DNA of 64,000 nt from positions 48,608,001 to 48,672,000 of the forward strand of contig OX597819.1 of NCBI GenBank assembly GCA_951406725.2, in the 5' to 3' direction. The notes beneath the pieces were generated by a model that made no database searches, was not told the DNA's origin, and saw only the letters and a list, made by a program, of their open reading frames with translations. Shown in pieces: positions 41,252-55,606 of this stretch (position 1 is the stretch's first letter; each line of letters begins with the position of its first letter). Source of the DNA: Octopus vulgaris. Lineage: Eukaryota. Both the position numbers and the translations under genes were made by a program.

Positions 41252-41286
41252 TAGGTCTCTTTCTTTCTTTTGTTATCTTACCGTTT

Positions 41287-41341
<55 letters not shown>

Positions 41342-41349
41342 TTACATAT

Positions 41350-41687
41350 ATAAAATAGAGGAACATCGCAAAGCTGTGACACGAGGAGATATTGATAAAT
41401 TGGGTATAGCTGATAATGTATGGAAAAATGGAGACTACCTCCCCCTGTGGGATGAAGTTAAAATAATAGACAGAGAACACCACTGGAAAATATGAAACCT
41501 AAAAGAAGCAGCACATATGCTAGGACACAGTAACCTCCTAAGCAGACCAAATGCATATGGGAACTGGTATTAAGGAAGTATAGAAAAATATTAGATTTAT
41601 AAGCCCTAAAAATTCACCCCATAATTACCCACGGGCATATGGCGTAGTTCGATTCCAGTTCCAAGTTCGATTCCAGGCTGTGACTTG

Positions 41688-41730
<43 letters not shown>

Positions 41731-41845
41731 TTGAAAAATAACTTGGGAATGAGAACCCAGGTTTTAAATTTCCCCAAGACACCTGATGAAGGCTGGAGGG
41801 TATATCAGCCAGATGAGGACAAATATCCGTCAAATGTAAATAATG
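41350..41845 (+). mobile_element. Penelope-like 3' end: GIY-YIG C-terminus plus partial hammerhead
   Basis: [43 protein letters not shown]; CTGATGA-a-ggctg/cagcc at 41783-41810. Confidence 0.8.
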
Positions 41846-43514
41846 TAAAATAGCACTCTGTTGGTTATGACAACGAGGGTTCCAGTTCATCTTGTGAAAT
41901 GAATGTGCAAGTGGCTTGATCACTCCACAGACATACATACCCTTAACGTAGTTCTTAGGAAAATTCAGCATTACACAAAATGTGACAAGGCTAACCATTA
42001 AGCCATGCCCTAACACACACACATACACACACACAATGAGCTTTCTCACAGTTCCTGCTTACTAAATTCACTCACTAGGCATTTGTTGATCTGAGGGCTA
42101 TGCAGTAGGACTGAACCTGAAGCCACATGGTTGCAAAGCAAGCTTCTTAACCACATAGTCACACTTGCATCTAACATGAAATTTTGATGGAAGGGTTTTT
42201 TTTTTGTTTAGATCACTTTAAAATAGGAAGCTTGTATCATAACATCAGGCTGGTATTAAAAGAGTTACTTACTGGGGAGGTAAAAAAAAGAGAAAATGAT
42301 GGTATTACACTGTGAACCTTCATCATCATCATCGTTTAACGTCTGCTTCCCATGCTAGCATGGTTGGACGATTTGACTGAGGACAGGCGAACAAGATGGC
42401 TGCATCAGGCACCAATCTTGATCTGGCAGAGTTTCTACTGCTAGATGCCCTTCCTAACGCCATCCACTCTGAGAGTGTAGTGGGTGCTTTTATGTGCCAC
42501 CGGCACAAGGGCCAGTCAGGCTGTACTGGCAACAGCCATGCTCAAATGGTGTTTTTTTTACGGCAATGGAGAGAGTGAGCTAATGAACAGCTCATACATT
42601 TGATCACTAGAAGCAAGTCATCTGTGCAGATTATTCAGCAAGAAATAGCAGAACTGCCGTTCTTGGACTATGAGAGACTACAATCCCATTTGTTGGCGTA
42701 GACAAAGTGAACTGAACCTTTTTACTGGTTTTTGTCATTGGACTATAACCATGCTAATGGTTCTGCCAGCTCACCACTTTGAACATGAGAAATATTGGTT
42801 TCATATTTTGGCACAAGGCCAGCAATTTCAGTGGAGTGGGTAAGTTGATTAAATCAACTTCAGTGATCAACTCATACTTATTATATTGACCCCGAAAGGG
42901 ATAAAAGGAAAAGCCTGTCTTGACTCTATTTCAACTCAGAACATAACAAGAGACAAAATGTCCCTAGTCATTTAGCAGGTGTATTAAAGATTTTGTCAGC
43001 TTGCTGTCTTGAACAACAGAAGCATTAAAATGAGAGAAACATGAAAATGAGAGAAACCTTGAAATGTCTGGCATCAAATAAGTCAGCATAAGCAACACTG
43101 AAATGGCTAAGCCAAAACATCTCATACCATTATTTTGTTACAGTGTTGTGTAGTCTAACTATTGTTAGGGTTATTGGATCATACTAATCATTTTATAGGT
43201 GCAGGCTGTGTTATAAGAAGCTTGCTTCCAGTTATATGGCTTTGTGTTCAGTACCCACTGTGTGGGCACCTTGGGCAGGTGTCTTCTATTATAGCTCCTG
43301 GCTGACCAAAGGCCTTATGAGAGGATTGGTAGACAGAAATTGAAAGAAACCCAACACACACACACACACACAGAGGTTATGATAGGTAATGGTGTCATTG
43401 AGACCCGAAGGTGTCAGGTAATGCTGAATAAGTGGTATAGATAGACTGCAGTTAAGTTCCAGGTTCGGTGATTATGCGAATAATTGGTTCAATGTTGGTC
43501 ATATATCAGCGTGT

Positions 43515-43910
43515 GTATATAAAAATACACTCCCTATTTTTAGGTCACTTTGAATAAAACCCTGGATTCAATAACATTGTGTATAAACTCTATACTTGGA
43601 ATGACCAATTTTAAATTCTATTGGATTTTACTCATAAGGTATTGGAATATTATATATATTCTGCCTAAAAAAATGGATCTACAAATGCAATATCCTTACA
43701 TATCTCACATCATTTTCTTTTATTTTCTCCACCTCACTCTCTATTTTATATCTTATCTAAATTAACTATTTCTTAACCATCCTCTCACACCATCTCCAAT
43801 GAAGGGATATAATAAATATCCTGGAAACAGCTGTAAGATCTTCTATCTATAAATGTTCTAAAATCTACACAGCCTTGGTTTTTTTTATCTCATTATGGAA
43901 AAAATTAATA
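43515..43910 (+). mobile_element. Hammerhead-bearing module, copy 2
   Basis: atct-CCAATGA-ggatat/atatcc-GAAAC-AGCT-GTA-agat at 43792-43839. Confidence 0.65.
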
Positions 43911-44393
43911 ATATATATATATATTCTTTTATTCTTTTGTTCTTTTACTTGTTTCAGTCATTTGACTGTAGCCATGCTGGAGTGTTGCCTTTCATTGAAC
44001 AATGCCAAACCACTAAGTTATGAGGATGTAAACACACCAGCATCAGTGATCAAGCGATGGTGGCAAGACAAACACGGATACATACACACACACTCACACA
44101 CGCACACATACACACACACAAACACACACACACATATATACAACAGGCTTCTTTCGGTTTCCATCTACCAACTCCACTCACAAGGCTTTGGTCAGCCTGA
44201 GGCTATAGTAGGCGACACTTGCCCAAGGTTCCACACTGTGGGACTGAACCCAGAACTATGTGGTTGGGAAGCAAGCTTCTTACCACACAGCCATGGTGAA
44301 GGTGCGTGGTTTAGTGGTTAGGGTATTCGGCTCACAATCATGAGGTCATGAGTTCAATTCCCAATGACATGTTGTGTCCTTGAGCAAAATACT

Positions 44394-44756
44394 TTATTAC
44401 CCCTGCTTTGTTAAGATGGAGGTATTATTTTCAGTTGTGTTTGTTTGTTTGTCCATGGACAAGATATCTCAAGAACTGCTGGATGGATTTGGATGAAACT
44501 TTCAGGGATGTTTGGCCTCATGACTGGCACGAACTGGTTAGATTTTGGGATCAATCTAGTACCGGCCAAGAATTCTGGATTATTTGTCTGTTTTTTTTTT
44601 TAGTTAATTTTCGAGAGCGGTCAGGTTCATTTTTAGTATTCTTGTTTGTGAGAGCAGTCGAATTTATTTCGGATATTCTCATTTAAAAATTGAGAATCAT
44701 TGAGATGACATTGGTGTTGCCTTGGCAGAGGTTTGTGCTCTCTGAGTGTTCCTGTT
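44394..44756 (+). mobile_element. Helentron-associated (HINE/DINE-1-like) element nested in a SINE
   Basis: ttattacccctgc start, (gttt)n, gatggatttggatgaaact core, cttggcagagg subterminal repeat, 3' hairpin, T-rich site; SINE resumes after it. Confidence 0.6.
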
Positions 44757-44959
44757 TCATGTTGCTCCAGTCCACTCAGCTTGGCAAAAATGAGTAGTAC
44801 CTGAATTTCAAAGGACCAGTCCTTTCACAATCTGTGTCGAGTGCTCAGCCACTTGCACATTAATTTCATGAGCAGGCTATTCTGTTGATTGGATCAACTG
44901 GAACCCTCATTGTCATAAATGATGGAGTGCCAGCACAGCATATCTGTGTGTAAATATAT

Positions 44960-45387
44960 ATCATCATCACCATCGTTTAACGTCCGTTTTCCATGCTAGC
45001 ATGGGTTGGACGGTTCAACTGGGGTCTGGGAAGCCAGAAGGCTGCGCCAGGCCCAGTCTGATATGGCAGTGTTTCTACAGCTCAATGCCCTTCCTAACAC
45101 CAACCACTCCGTGAGTGTAGTGGATACTTTTTACATGCCACCTGCACAAGTGCCAGACGAGGCTGGCAAACGGCCACAATCGGATGGTGCTTTTTACGTG
45201 CTACCAGCACGGGGGCCAGACAAGGCTGGCAACAGCCACAATCGGATGGTGCTTTTTACGTGCCACCGGCATGGAGGCCAGTCTGGGTGGCGCTGGCAAC
45301 AGCCACGTTCGGATGATTCTCTTACGTGCCACCGGCACTGGTATCACAGCTACAATTTCCATTGATGTTGATCGATTTCAATTTTGA
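44960..45387 (-). mobile_element. RTE 3' tail copy, 4 units
   Basis: Reverse complement of 9830-10265. Confidence 0.85.
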
Positions 45388-45405
45388 TATATATATATAT
45401 ATATA

Positions 45406-45717
45406 TATCACGTGATCACGTGACCGACCAGACCATCAGATGTTACACATCGCTGGTCACAATGCGTTCGCATTGTTTTAGCCTTCGAATGATGCCACCC
45501 CGCTGGCTAAGCGAGCAGGCCAACAGAAGAAAGAGTAGGAGAAAGTGTGGTGAAAGAGTACAGCAGGGATCACCCCCCCCTGCTGGAGCCTCGTGGAGCT
45601 TTTTTTTTTTAGGTGTTATCACTCAATAAACACTCACAACGCCCGGTCTGGGAATAGAAACCGCGATCCTATGACCGCGAGTCCGCTGCCCTAACCACTG
45701 GGCCATTGCGCCTCCAC
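45406..45717 (-). mobile_element. tRNA-derived SINE, young copy (possibly octopus OR-type)
   Basis: Head ggaggcgcaatggcccagtggttagggcagcggactcgcggtc; ends in tcacgtgatcacgtga; flanked by (TA)n. Confidence 0.75.
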
Positions 45718-46934
45718 ATATATATACTCTCTTTACTCTTTTACTGGTTTTAGTCATTTGACTGTGGCCATGCTGGAGCAGCGCCTTTAGTCGAGCAAAT
45801 CGATCCCCAGAACTTGTTGTTTGTAAGCCTAGTACTTATTCTATTGGTCTCTTTTGCTGAACCACTAAGTTACAGGGATGTAAACACACCAGCATCGGTT
45901 TTCAAGCGATGTTGGGGTGACAAACACAGACACACAAACATATACACATACATATATATACATAATCTTTGTGTCCGTGTTTGTGCCCCCACCACTGCAT
46001 GACAACCAGTGTTGGTGTGTTTGTGTCTCCCTAACTTTGCAGTTCTGAAAAAAGAGACCCAATCAAATAAGTACGAGGCTTTAAAAACAAAATGTACACG
46101 GGTTGATTCATTTACTCTTTTACTATTTTACTTGTTTTAGTTATTTGACTTCGGCCATGCTGGAGCACCACCTTTTAGTCAAGCAAATCGACCCTAGGAT
46201 TTAATCTTTGTAAGCCTAGTACTTATTCTATCAGTCTCTTTTGCCGAACCACTAAGTTACGGTGATGTAAACACTCCAGCATCGGTTGTTAAGCGATGTT
46301 GGGAGTGGGGGGACAAACACAGACACACAAACACACACATACATATATATATATACATATGCATATGCGACGGGCTTCTTTCAGTTTCTGTCTACCAAAT
46401 CCACTCACAAGGCTTTGGTCGGTCCGAGGCTATAGTAGCAGACTCTTTGCTCAAGGTGCCATGCAGTAGGACTGAACCTGGAGCCATGTGGTTGATAAGC
46501 AAGCTACATACCACACAGCCACTCCTAAAATTCTTTTAGGTGGTGCACCAGTCTAATGACTGAAACAATTAAAAGATTAAAAGATAAAAGATTTCCTATA
46601 TTATTCTACTACTTTGTTTGTCCAGCATTATATCAAATACAAATATTTGTCAATTTTCTGCTGTGTTATTTCCATATTTGTGTTCTACATGTTATTTTGG
46701 AATGTGTGTTTTGTTGCTGCATGGATCCTCAGAAGGGAGAAATAATAACTTTTAATCTGTAGAGTTTGCTGAGGTGTATTTGCATTTCTAGTCGGTTGAA
46801 TATATAGTTGCCATGGGTGTGTGGATTGGATCAGATAGTAGCCATTCACCATGTTAACTTGTACTGCGTGCCTTATTTGAAGGAAGAATTTGTTTGCTAG
46901 ATTAATAATGGCTTCGGTGAAGAATTATTATTCA

Positions 46935-47400
46935 GGTGCAGGAGTAGCTGTGTGGTAAGTAGCTTGCTCATCAACCACATGGTTCCGGGTTCAGTCCCAC
47001 TGTGTGGCACCTTAGGCAAGTGTCTTCTACTATAGCCTCAGGCTGACCAAAGTCATGTGATTGGATTTGGTAGACGGAAACTGAAAGAAGCCCGTCATAT
47101 ATATGTATGATTTTGATTTTGATTTTTCCAGTTTCAGCTCATGAGCTGTGGCCATGCTGGGGCACCGCCATTGTATATGTATGTATATATATATATATGT
47201 CTGTGTGTCTGTGTTTGTCCCCCCAACATCGCTTGACAACTGATGCTGGTGTGTTTATGTCCCCGTAACTTAGCGGTTCGGCAAAAGAGACCGATAGAAT
47301 AAGTACTAGGCTTACAAAGAATAAGTCTTGGGGTCGGTTTGCTCGACTAAAGGTGGTGCTCCAGCATGGCCGCAGTCAAATGACTGAAATAAATAAAAGA
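46935..47400 (+). mobile_element. SINE family B, full length, with a nested tail fragment at about 47108-47172
   Basis: A box tagctgtgtggtaag, B box gggttcagtccc, ccttaggcaagtg, tail ccagcatggccgcagtc. Confidence 0.85.
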
Positions 47401-47721
47401 GTAAGTTATCTTATTAACTTCATCCACAGGTATAATACATATCTGTTTGTCTGTATGTTAATTTTTTTTTGGTGTGTGTATGGGGGGAGGGGTAATCTGT
47501 TTGCTTTTCTATCTTCATGTGTTCATGTCTCTCTCTCTCCCTCTCTTCCTTAAACACACGCACACACACTCATACATATACACAATCACACACAAACACA
47601 AACATTTATCTATCTATCTATCTATCTATACATGTATGTATATGAAAGAGGGCAAGAGAGAGAGATAAATGGATAGAGATACATTGGACATAGTGAAAAA
47701 CATGGATGGACCATTATGTAT

Positions 47722-47766
<45 letters not shown>

Positions 47767-47976
47767 CACCACCACCACCACCACCACCACCACCACCACC
47801 AACACTACCATAACCATCACACACAAACACATATCTGAAATGATGACTCATGTATGTATATATATATACATACACACACATACATATATACATACATACA
47901 TACATACATACATACATACAGACATACATACATACATACATACATACATACATACATACATACATACATACATACA

Positions 47977-48029
<53 letters not shown>

Positions 48030-48134
48030 ATACATACATATATATATATATTCACACACATGCACACATGCAAACACATACATATACACATAAATATTTT
48101 AATGTAAAATATATAATACAAATCAGTAAAATGA

Positions 48135-48169
<35 letters not shown>

Positions 48170-48495
48170 GCAATATAGATTGTCAAAATGATTTGAAGCA
48201 AATGGAAGAGGCTCTTACATTAACTACTATTTTATGCAGCACGTCTTTTAAAGTGATACAGTAAAACGGTTCATCTGAGAGAACACAACGGAAAAAGTTT
48301 CCAGAAAGCCTAAAACTCTAAACTGGCCTACATTTTGCAATCATTAAAGTTATAAACAGGATTAGAATAAATAATGGGGAGAGGGAAGTGGATGAATGAA
48401 AAATCTAGAAAAAAAAAAAAGTAACCTAAATGAAACAATCAGCAACAAAAGGAGGAAAGTGTTCTTTGTCATAAATATATGTATGCCTGCACATG

Positions 48496-48537
<42 letters not shown>

Positions 48538-48762
48538 TACATACACACACATGTATGTATATATGCATATATGTTTGTATGTATGTATATATATGTGTAT
48601 ATGTGTGTGTGTGTAAATATATATATATATATACATACTTATAATGTGGTTGTATGTGTATGAGTGCGTGTGTGCATACATAGAAATATGTTATTATATA
48701 GACAAGTGCATGTCTTTGTGTACTTATATATATCTATGAATAAGATCTCTCTCTCTCTCTCG

Positions 48763-48814
<52 letters not shown>

Positions 48815-50064
48815 ATATATATATATATGTATATATATATACATATAATATATATCAATATATAAAATGCATATGATGAGAAGGGATATTTTTGGTACAT
48901 GTGCATACTCATTGATGCAAGCATATAAATCCATAATAGATAGGTGCATGTGAGCCGCTTGAATTTGTGACTATACATACATACATACATACATACATAC
49001 ATGCCAACATACATACATACATACACACATATATATATACACACACACATATATACATGCATACATACATACATACATACATACATACATACATACACAC
49101 ATACATACATACATACATACATACACACATACATACATACATACATACATACATACATACATACATACATACACACATATATATATACACACACACATAT
49201 ATACATGCATACATACATACATACATACATACATACATGCCAACATACATACATACATACACACACATACATACATACACACATATATTCATGCATACAT
49301 ACATACATACATACATACATACATACACACATACATACATACATACATACATATATCAATATGTATTTAAATGCACATGCATACATGCACTGTACATATG
49401 TGGGAGTTTGGTGAATGCTATTTCTGCTCGTCTCATACTACTTTCAATCTCCTATCAAATATAACCAGGTTCCATCAGAAATAGAATACAATAGGAGCTA
49501 TTGGAATTCTTAAAGTAGGAATCAATAATAGCAATACCAAGTATTTTTTGTTGTTCTTGTTTGGTTTTCTTTTTATTAATTTCTAATATAAAATTAACAG
49601 TACATTAGAGGTACGCATCTCTGAGAGGGTTCATTAAATTGGTTTTGAACATTGTTTTTCATATTTCCATCTTAGAATAAGAATATGCAGAAATTGTCTG
49701 CATGTATGCAGTGAAATTTCTCTAATAATGCTAATTTCACCTCTTAAAACTATACACCAATCTGTATGTAATATGTCAAGAGTAATTTATTTTAAGCCAA
49801 ATTTTTTTTAAATTCTCATTAATTTAATATACTACACGTTCTTTTTCTTTTTTAATTAGAATTATAGGTTATTAGTGCTCTCATGATATTCCTAAGATGA
49901 AGTGTGCTGATAATGTTTAAAGTTATATGCTTCAGATATAGTCAGGACTGTGCAAAGCTGATAATAGTCCCAGACCAGATATGCGAACTCGTTGATATAC
50001 ACATCTGCTCATAGTGATGCATGTATACTGTCTGAAAATATGAATCTCTATCTCTCTCTCCCGC

Positions 50065-50110
<46 letters not shown>

Positions 50111-50355
50111 GGTGTGGATATATTTTGTTTAATGTACACAATATATAGTTATGGGCTACTAACAGTTTCATACACTGGTGATGTTGTCTATACAGGTTTT
50201 AATAACATGCCTAGAAAACACCTCTAAAGTATTCTGAAGCTATTAGTAGTTCATAAGTATATATTGTGTACATTAAGCAAAATTTATCTCTCACTAGATG
50301 GAGTACTTTTTTTGTCGATTTTACCTTAATGGAAAGGTAAGTTATATGTATATGC

Positions 50356-50394
<39 letters not shown>

Positions 50395-50398
<4 letters not shown>

Positions 50399-50970
50399 TT
50401 AAACAGGACTTCAAACATTAAGTCAAGGCAAATATCTCAAGTCATATACAAAATTATTATAGGAAGAAATTCAAATATTACAGTTCTTTCTGGGATATTC
50501 CCGAGTATGGGATATTCCGTCATCAGAGACAAATAGGGGGGAAAATATGGAAAATGAGAATGGTAAATATCAATAAGATGATAACATAAAGGAAGGGAAT
50601 AAAAAAATAAGGAGAGGGAAAGAGAGAAGAAAAAAGAAGCATAAAAGTTCATAGTTCAACTTTCTGAAATTATAGAAACCAGAGCATGAGTCCTTAGGTG
50701 TAATCCTGTGTAGATCCATGACCGTAAGTCTTTAGGTGCAATCCTATGTATATCCATGTGGGTTAAAGTCCTGATATAGTAGACATCCCAAGAAAAAGAT
50801 CTGAACATATCAACGTTCAATAACAGATATTATATATTCACTGCATCATCGGATATCTGCAATGGCTCCATAACTATTGTCTCGGCTATAACCTTGGAGC
50901 CCCAGTAATCCATTATAGCACTTACCTAGCATACCTAATCATTCGGATCACCCTTGAACTAAACCCCCAT

Positions 50971-50975
<5 letters not shown>
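50395..50975 (-). mobile_element. (TA)n-flanked module with decayed hammerhead
   Basis: Minus strand CTGATGA-stem II-GAAAGAACTGTA at 50474-50531. Confidence 0.5.
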
Positions 50976-51005
<30 letters not shown>

Positions 51006-51009
51006 TATC

Positions 51010-51076
<67 letters not shown>

Positions 51077-51152
51077 AATATAGGATAGAATCTTTTGAAA
51101 AAAATTTTTTTCGAAAGAAGTTTTTTCTTTTGCCCTTACTTATAAATTGTAT

Positions 51153-53212
51153 ATCATCATCATCATCATCATCATCGTTTAATGTCCGTTGTCCATGCTA
51201 GCATGGGTTGGACGGTTTGACCGGGGATCTGGGAAACCAGAAGGTTGCACCAGGCTCCAGTCTTATCTGGCAATGTTTCTACAGCTGGATGCCCTTCCTA
51301 ATGCCAACCACTCCGTGAGTGTAGTGGGTGCTTTTTACGTGCCACCCGCACAGGTGCCAGGCGAGGCTGGCAATGGCCATGGTCGGATTGGTGCATTTTA
51401 TGTGCCACCGGCATGGAAGCCAGTCGAGGCGGCACTGGCATCGGCCACAATTCGGATAGTGCTTTTTACGTACCACCAGTCCAGGGGTCCTGGCATCTGC
51501 CGGGTGCCAGTCATAGGATTGGTTCAATTTCGATTCCGATTTCGATTTCGATTTCACTTGCCCTAACAGGTCTTCGCAAGCAAAGGGGGTTGGCATGGGT
51601 GCCTGTCGTCGGATGAGGTTCGATATCGACTTCGCTTGCCTCAACAGGTCTTTGTGTGTCCAAAGGAGGAAAGGCATGCATAAGTGGGCTGGGCTCACTT
51701 GTCCTGCCTGGTCTTCTCACGTACAGCATATTTCCAAAGGTCTCGGTCGCTGGTCATTTCCTCAGTGAGGCCTAAAGTTTGAAGGTTGTGCTTCACCACC
51801 TCGTCCCAGGTTTTCCTGGGTCTACCTCTTCTACGGGTTCCCTCAACTGCTAGGGATTGGCACTTTTTCACACACCTATCTTTATCCATTCTCACCACAT
51901 GACCATACCAGCGCAATCGTCTTTCTTGCACACTACAACTGATGCTTCTTAGGTACAACATTTCTCTCAAGGTACTAACGCTTTGTCGAGTATGTACACT
52001 GACATTACACATCCATCGGAGCATACTGGCTTCATTCCTCGCGAGCTTACGCATGTCCTCAGCAGTCACGGCCCATGTTTCACTGCCATATACATTGGCT
52101 GTTCGTACACATGCATCATACAGTCTGCCTTTTACTCTGAGCGAGAGGCCTTTAGTCACCAGCAGAGGTAAGAGCTCCCTAAACTTTGCCCAGGCTATTC
52201 TTATTCTAGCAGTTACACTTTCAACGCACCCACCCCCACTACTGACTTGGTCACCTAGATAACGGAAGCTATCAACTACTTCTAGGTTTTCCCCCTGGAA
52301 AGTGACGAAAGTTGTTTTCTGCAGATTTTCAGAGGTTAATGCTCCCGAGCATCTGCCACATACAAAAACTATCTTCCCAGTTAGCCTTCCTTTGACATTG
52401 CTGCACCTCTTATGTGTCCATAGCTTACACTGAGTATATCTTATAGAGTTTCTACCTAAACCTTTTCTACAGATCGAGCAGGGCCATCTTCCTGAAGACA
52501 TTTGTGGATTGTCTACCTTCCTACTTATTAGTACTTTGGTTTTAGCTAGGTTGACTCTAAGGCCCCTCGATTCTAAACCCTCCTTCCACACCTGGAACTT
52601 CTCCTCCAGTTCTGAGTGTGACTCAGCAATTAGAGCAAGGTTGTCAGCATAGAGGAGCTCTCAGGGGCAACCTGTCTTGAATTCCTCCGTAATTGCCTGG
52701 AGGACTATGATAAATAGGAGGGGACTGAGTACTGAAACCTGGTGGACCCCGACCTCTACTTTGAATTCTTCTGTGTACATGTTGCCAACTCTAACCTTAC
52801 TTACGACATCCCTGTACATGGCTTGCACAGCCATCACCAGTTTCCTCATTGACCACCAGATAAGGGATCGGGGGACCCTGTCAAAGGCTTTCTCCATGTC
52901 AACGAAAGCCAGGTACAGGGGCTTATCTTTGGCTAGGTATTTCTCCTGCAGCTGCCTTACCAGGAATATAGCATCAGTGGTACTTTTCCCTGGCATGAAC
53001 CCAAACTTCATCTCATCTAAACTAACTCTCTCTCTAATTAGTTGGGCTATGACCCTCTCCATAACCTTCATTACCTGATCCAACAGCTTGATACCTCTGT
53101 AATTATTTGTATCTAGGGCGTCACCTTTACCTTTGTAGCAGTTGACTAGTATGCTGCTACACCAGTCATTGGGTATGACTCCTTCATGTATCACCTGGTT
53201 AACTATAACCAG

Positions 53213-53215
<3 letters not shown>
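51153..53215 (-). mobile_element. RTE-clade LINE, 5'-truncated (RT, C-terminus, 3' UTR)
   Basis: NYRGIKLL, FVDMEKAFDRV, VLSPLLF, YADN, YLG; one in-frame TGA at 52661; stop at 51695; (cat)n tail; 5' end abuts (TA)n. Confidence 0.95.
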
Positions 53216-53265
<50 letters not shown>

Positions 53266-53273
<8 letters not shown>

Positions 53274-53452
53274 ATATTTCGGAATGGTCATTTTGCCAGT
53301 TTAGCCAATAAAAATACACACACTATATATTTGGTGTTATTTTGCTTCAGTGTTATTTACTTTTTACATTAATCTTAATAACACCAAATATATAGTGCGT
53401 GTGTTTTTATTGGCTAAACTGGCAAAATGACCATTCTGAAATATAACAATAT
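53266..53452. repeat. Foldback with about 75 bp arms between (TA)n tracts
   Basis: ttgttatatttcggaatggtc..ggtgttatt / aataacacc..gaccattctgaaatataacaa. Confidence 0.9.
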
Positions 53453-53488
53453 CTGTTTCAACACATGACTTCACATAAAAAATCTTGC

Positions 53489-53535
<47 letters not shown>

Positions 53536-53847
53536 ATGCATTACACATCTCTGTTGTGGATTGCTATGTGGTTCATTAGAGGAGCTTTTTTATAATACAA
53601 ATTTATATATGTATACATTTATATTCTTTCTACTATAGGCACAAGGCCTGAAATTTTGCTGGGAGGGAGCTAATTACTTACATTGACTGCAGTGCTCAAC
53701 CAGCACTTATTCTCTTGGTGGTGAGAGGATGAAAACCAAAGTCAACCTTGGTGGAATTTGAATTCAGAATGTAAAGAACTAGAAGAAATGGCACTATGCA
53801 TTTTGTCTGGTGTGCTAGTGATCCTGCCAGCTCACCACCTTCATGTA

Positions 53848-53901
<54 letters not shown>

Positions 53902-54399
53902 AATACAGACACGTGTGTGTATGTGTGGTGTATGTGTATGTATATATGTGCATACATACACATGTAAACACACTCACACACACATACACATATATACATA
54001 TATATATATATGTATTTATATGTATATAGATATGTGTGTGTGTATAAGTGTGTGTATGTGCATGAAAGAGTGAGTATGTGTGTCTGTGTGCATATATGTA
54101 AATATTCAACCTCAGAAGCATTACAAAGGGTCTGCTGTCGCCAATATGAACTCATGACTCACTCAGCCATTTTGCTTCCACATTAACATAATAACTCATA
54201 ATTCCCCCATCCCACCCACCTACCCACTCCACACTGCTCCACCAGTCACTCAAGTCACTGAAGTCAACAGAGCTGATCATCTATTGATAGATATATTTGT
54301 CTGATCACAAAAAAATGTCAAGCAATTTACTCTCTTTATTCCTTTGGTGCATGGGATAAATATTTATCTTACCATGAAAACAATAGTAATGATCATAGA

Positions 54400-54440
<41 letters not shown>

Positions 54441-55256
54441 TGATGATAATAATTATTTTTCTTATTGGTTACTAGACCCTGAAACATTGAGGACAACAAA
54501 AGGGCAAAATACAAACACACAAAGTGGGGTTAAAACTGAGTGCAAAATACAGGTCAACATTAATTAATTAATTAATAATACAGGCTAGTCTGTAAATGAC
54601 TATCATTTCACACACAAACACACATGCACATACATACTCTCCACACACACATACACATACACATGTACACAGACACATACATACACATGCACACACATAC
54701 ATACACACACACACATATATATACACACATGCAAACACATACATACACACATAGTATTTAAAGCAATTTAAGGGTCACACATTATCATCAGCGTTGACGT
54801 CATCATCATCATCATTGTCATCACCATTTGATGTCTTTTTTCCATGCTGGCGTGGCTGGAATGTTCAACAGCAGCTTGTGAGACAGAGAAAAAGTATTAA
54901 GCTCCAATATTTGCTATGGCATGATTTCCATGATAGAATGCTTCCCTAACACCTATCATATACTTTATCCTGTCATCCCCGGGCATAAAGCCACCTCCCT
55001 CAATACTACTCCCCCTCTCAGTTGATGAGTGTCTTGTTCTGCGAGTTTCTTGGTGACCTCACTAATGCTGGCGTCACATAAAAAGTACCCAGTACATTCT
55101 CTAACATGGTTGGCATTAGAAAGGCATTAAGCCATAGAAACTATGCCAGAGCTGACATTGGAGTTCAATGAAGTCCTCTGCTTCATTGGTTTTTGTTGAA
55201 CTCTCTAACCCATGCCAGCATGGAAAAACAGATGTTAAACAAACAATGATGTTCAT

Positions 55257-55367
<111 letters not shown>

Positions 55368-55566
55368 TTTTACTTGTTTCAGTCATTTGGATGCAGCCTT
55401 GCTGGAGCAGCACCTGTAGTCAAACAAACCAACCCTAGAACTTATTCTTTGTAAGCCTAGTACTTATTCTATCAGTCCGTTTTTGCTGAACTGCTAAGTT
55501 ACGGGGACGTAAGCACACCAACATTGGTTGTCAAGCGATGGTGTGGGGACAAACACAGACACCCAA

Positions 55567-55606
<40 letters not shown>

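Noticed and set aside
45640-45717. tRNA gene
   Set aside because: No proper acceptor stem; continues into a SINE body.
46600-46930. Possible PLE RT remnant on the minus strand (similarly 61600-62000)
   Set aside because: Too degraded to read motifs reliably by eye.
47626-49464. Long YI/HT/CV/MYVC ORFs here and throughout
   Set aside because: Microsatellite artefacts.
50153-50242. Minus-strand CTTCAGA-atac..gtat-GAAAC..GTA
   Set aside because: Two core mismatches and no clear stem I.
51695-53194. Functional reverse transcriptase gene
   Set aside because: 5'-truncated, in-frame stop, and catalytic YADD changed to YADN.
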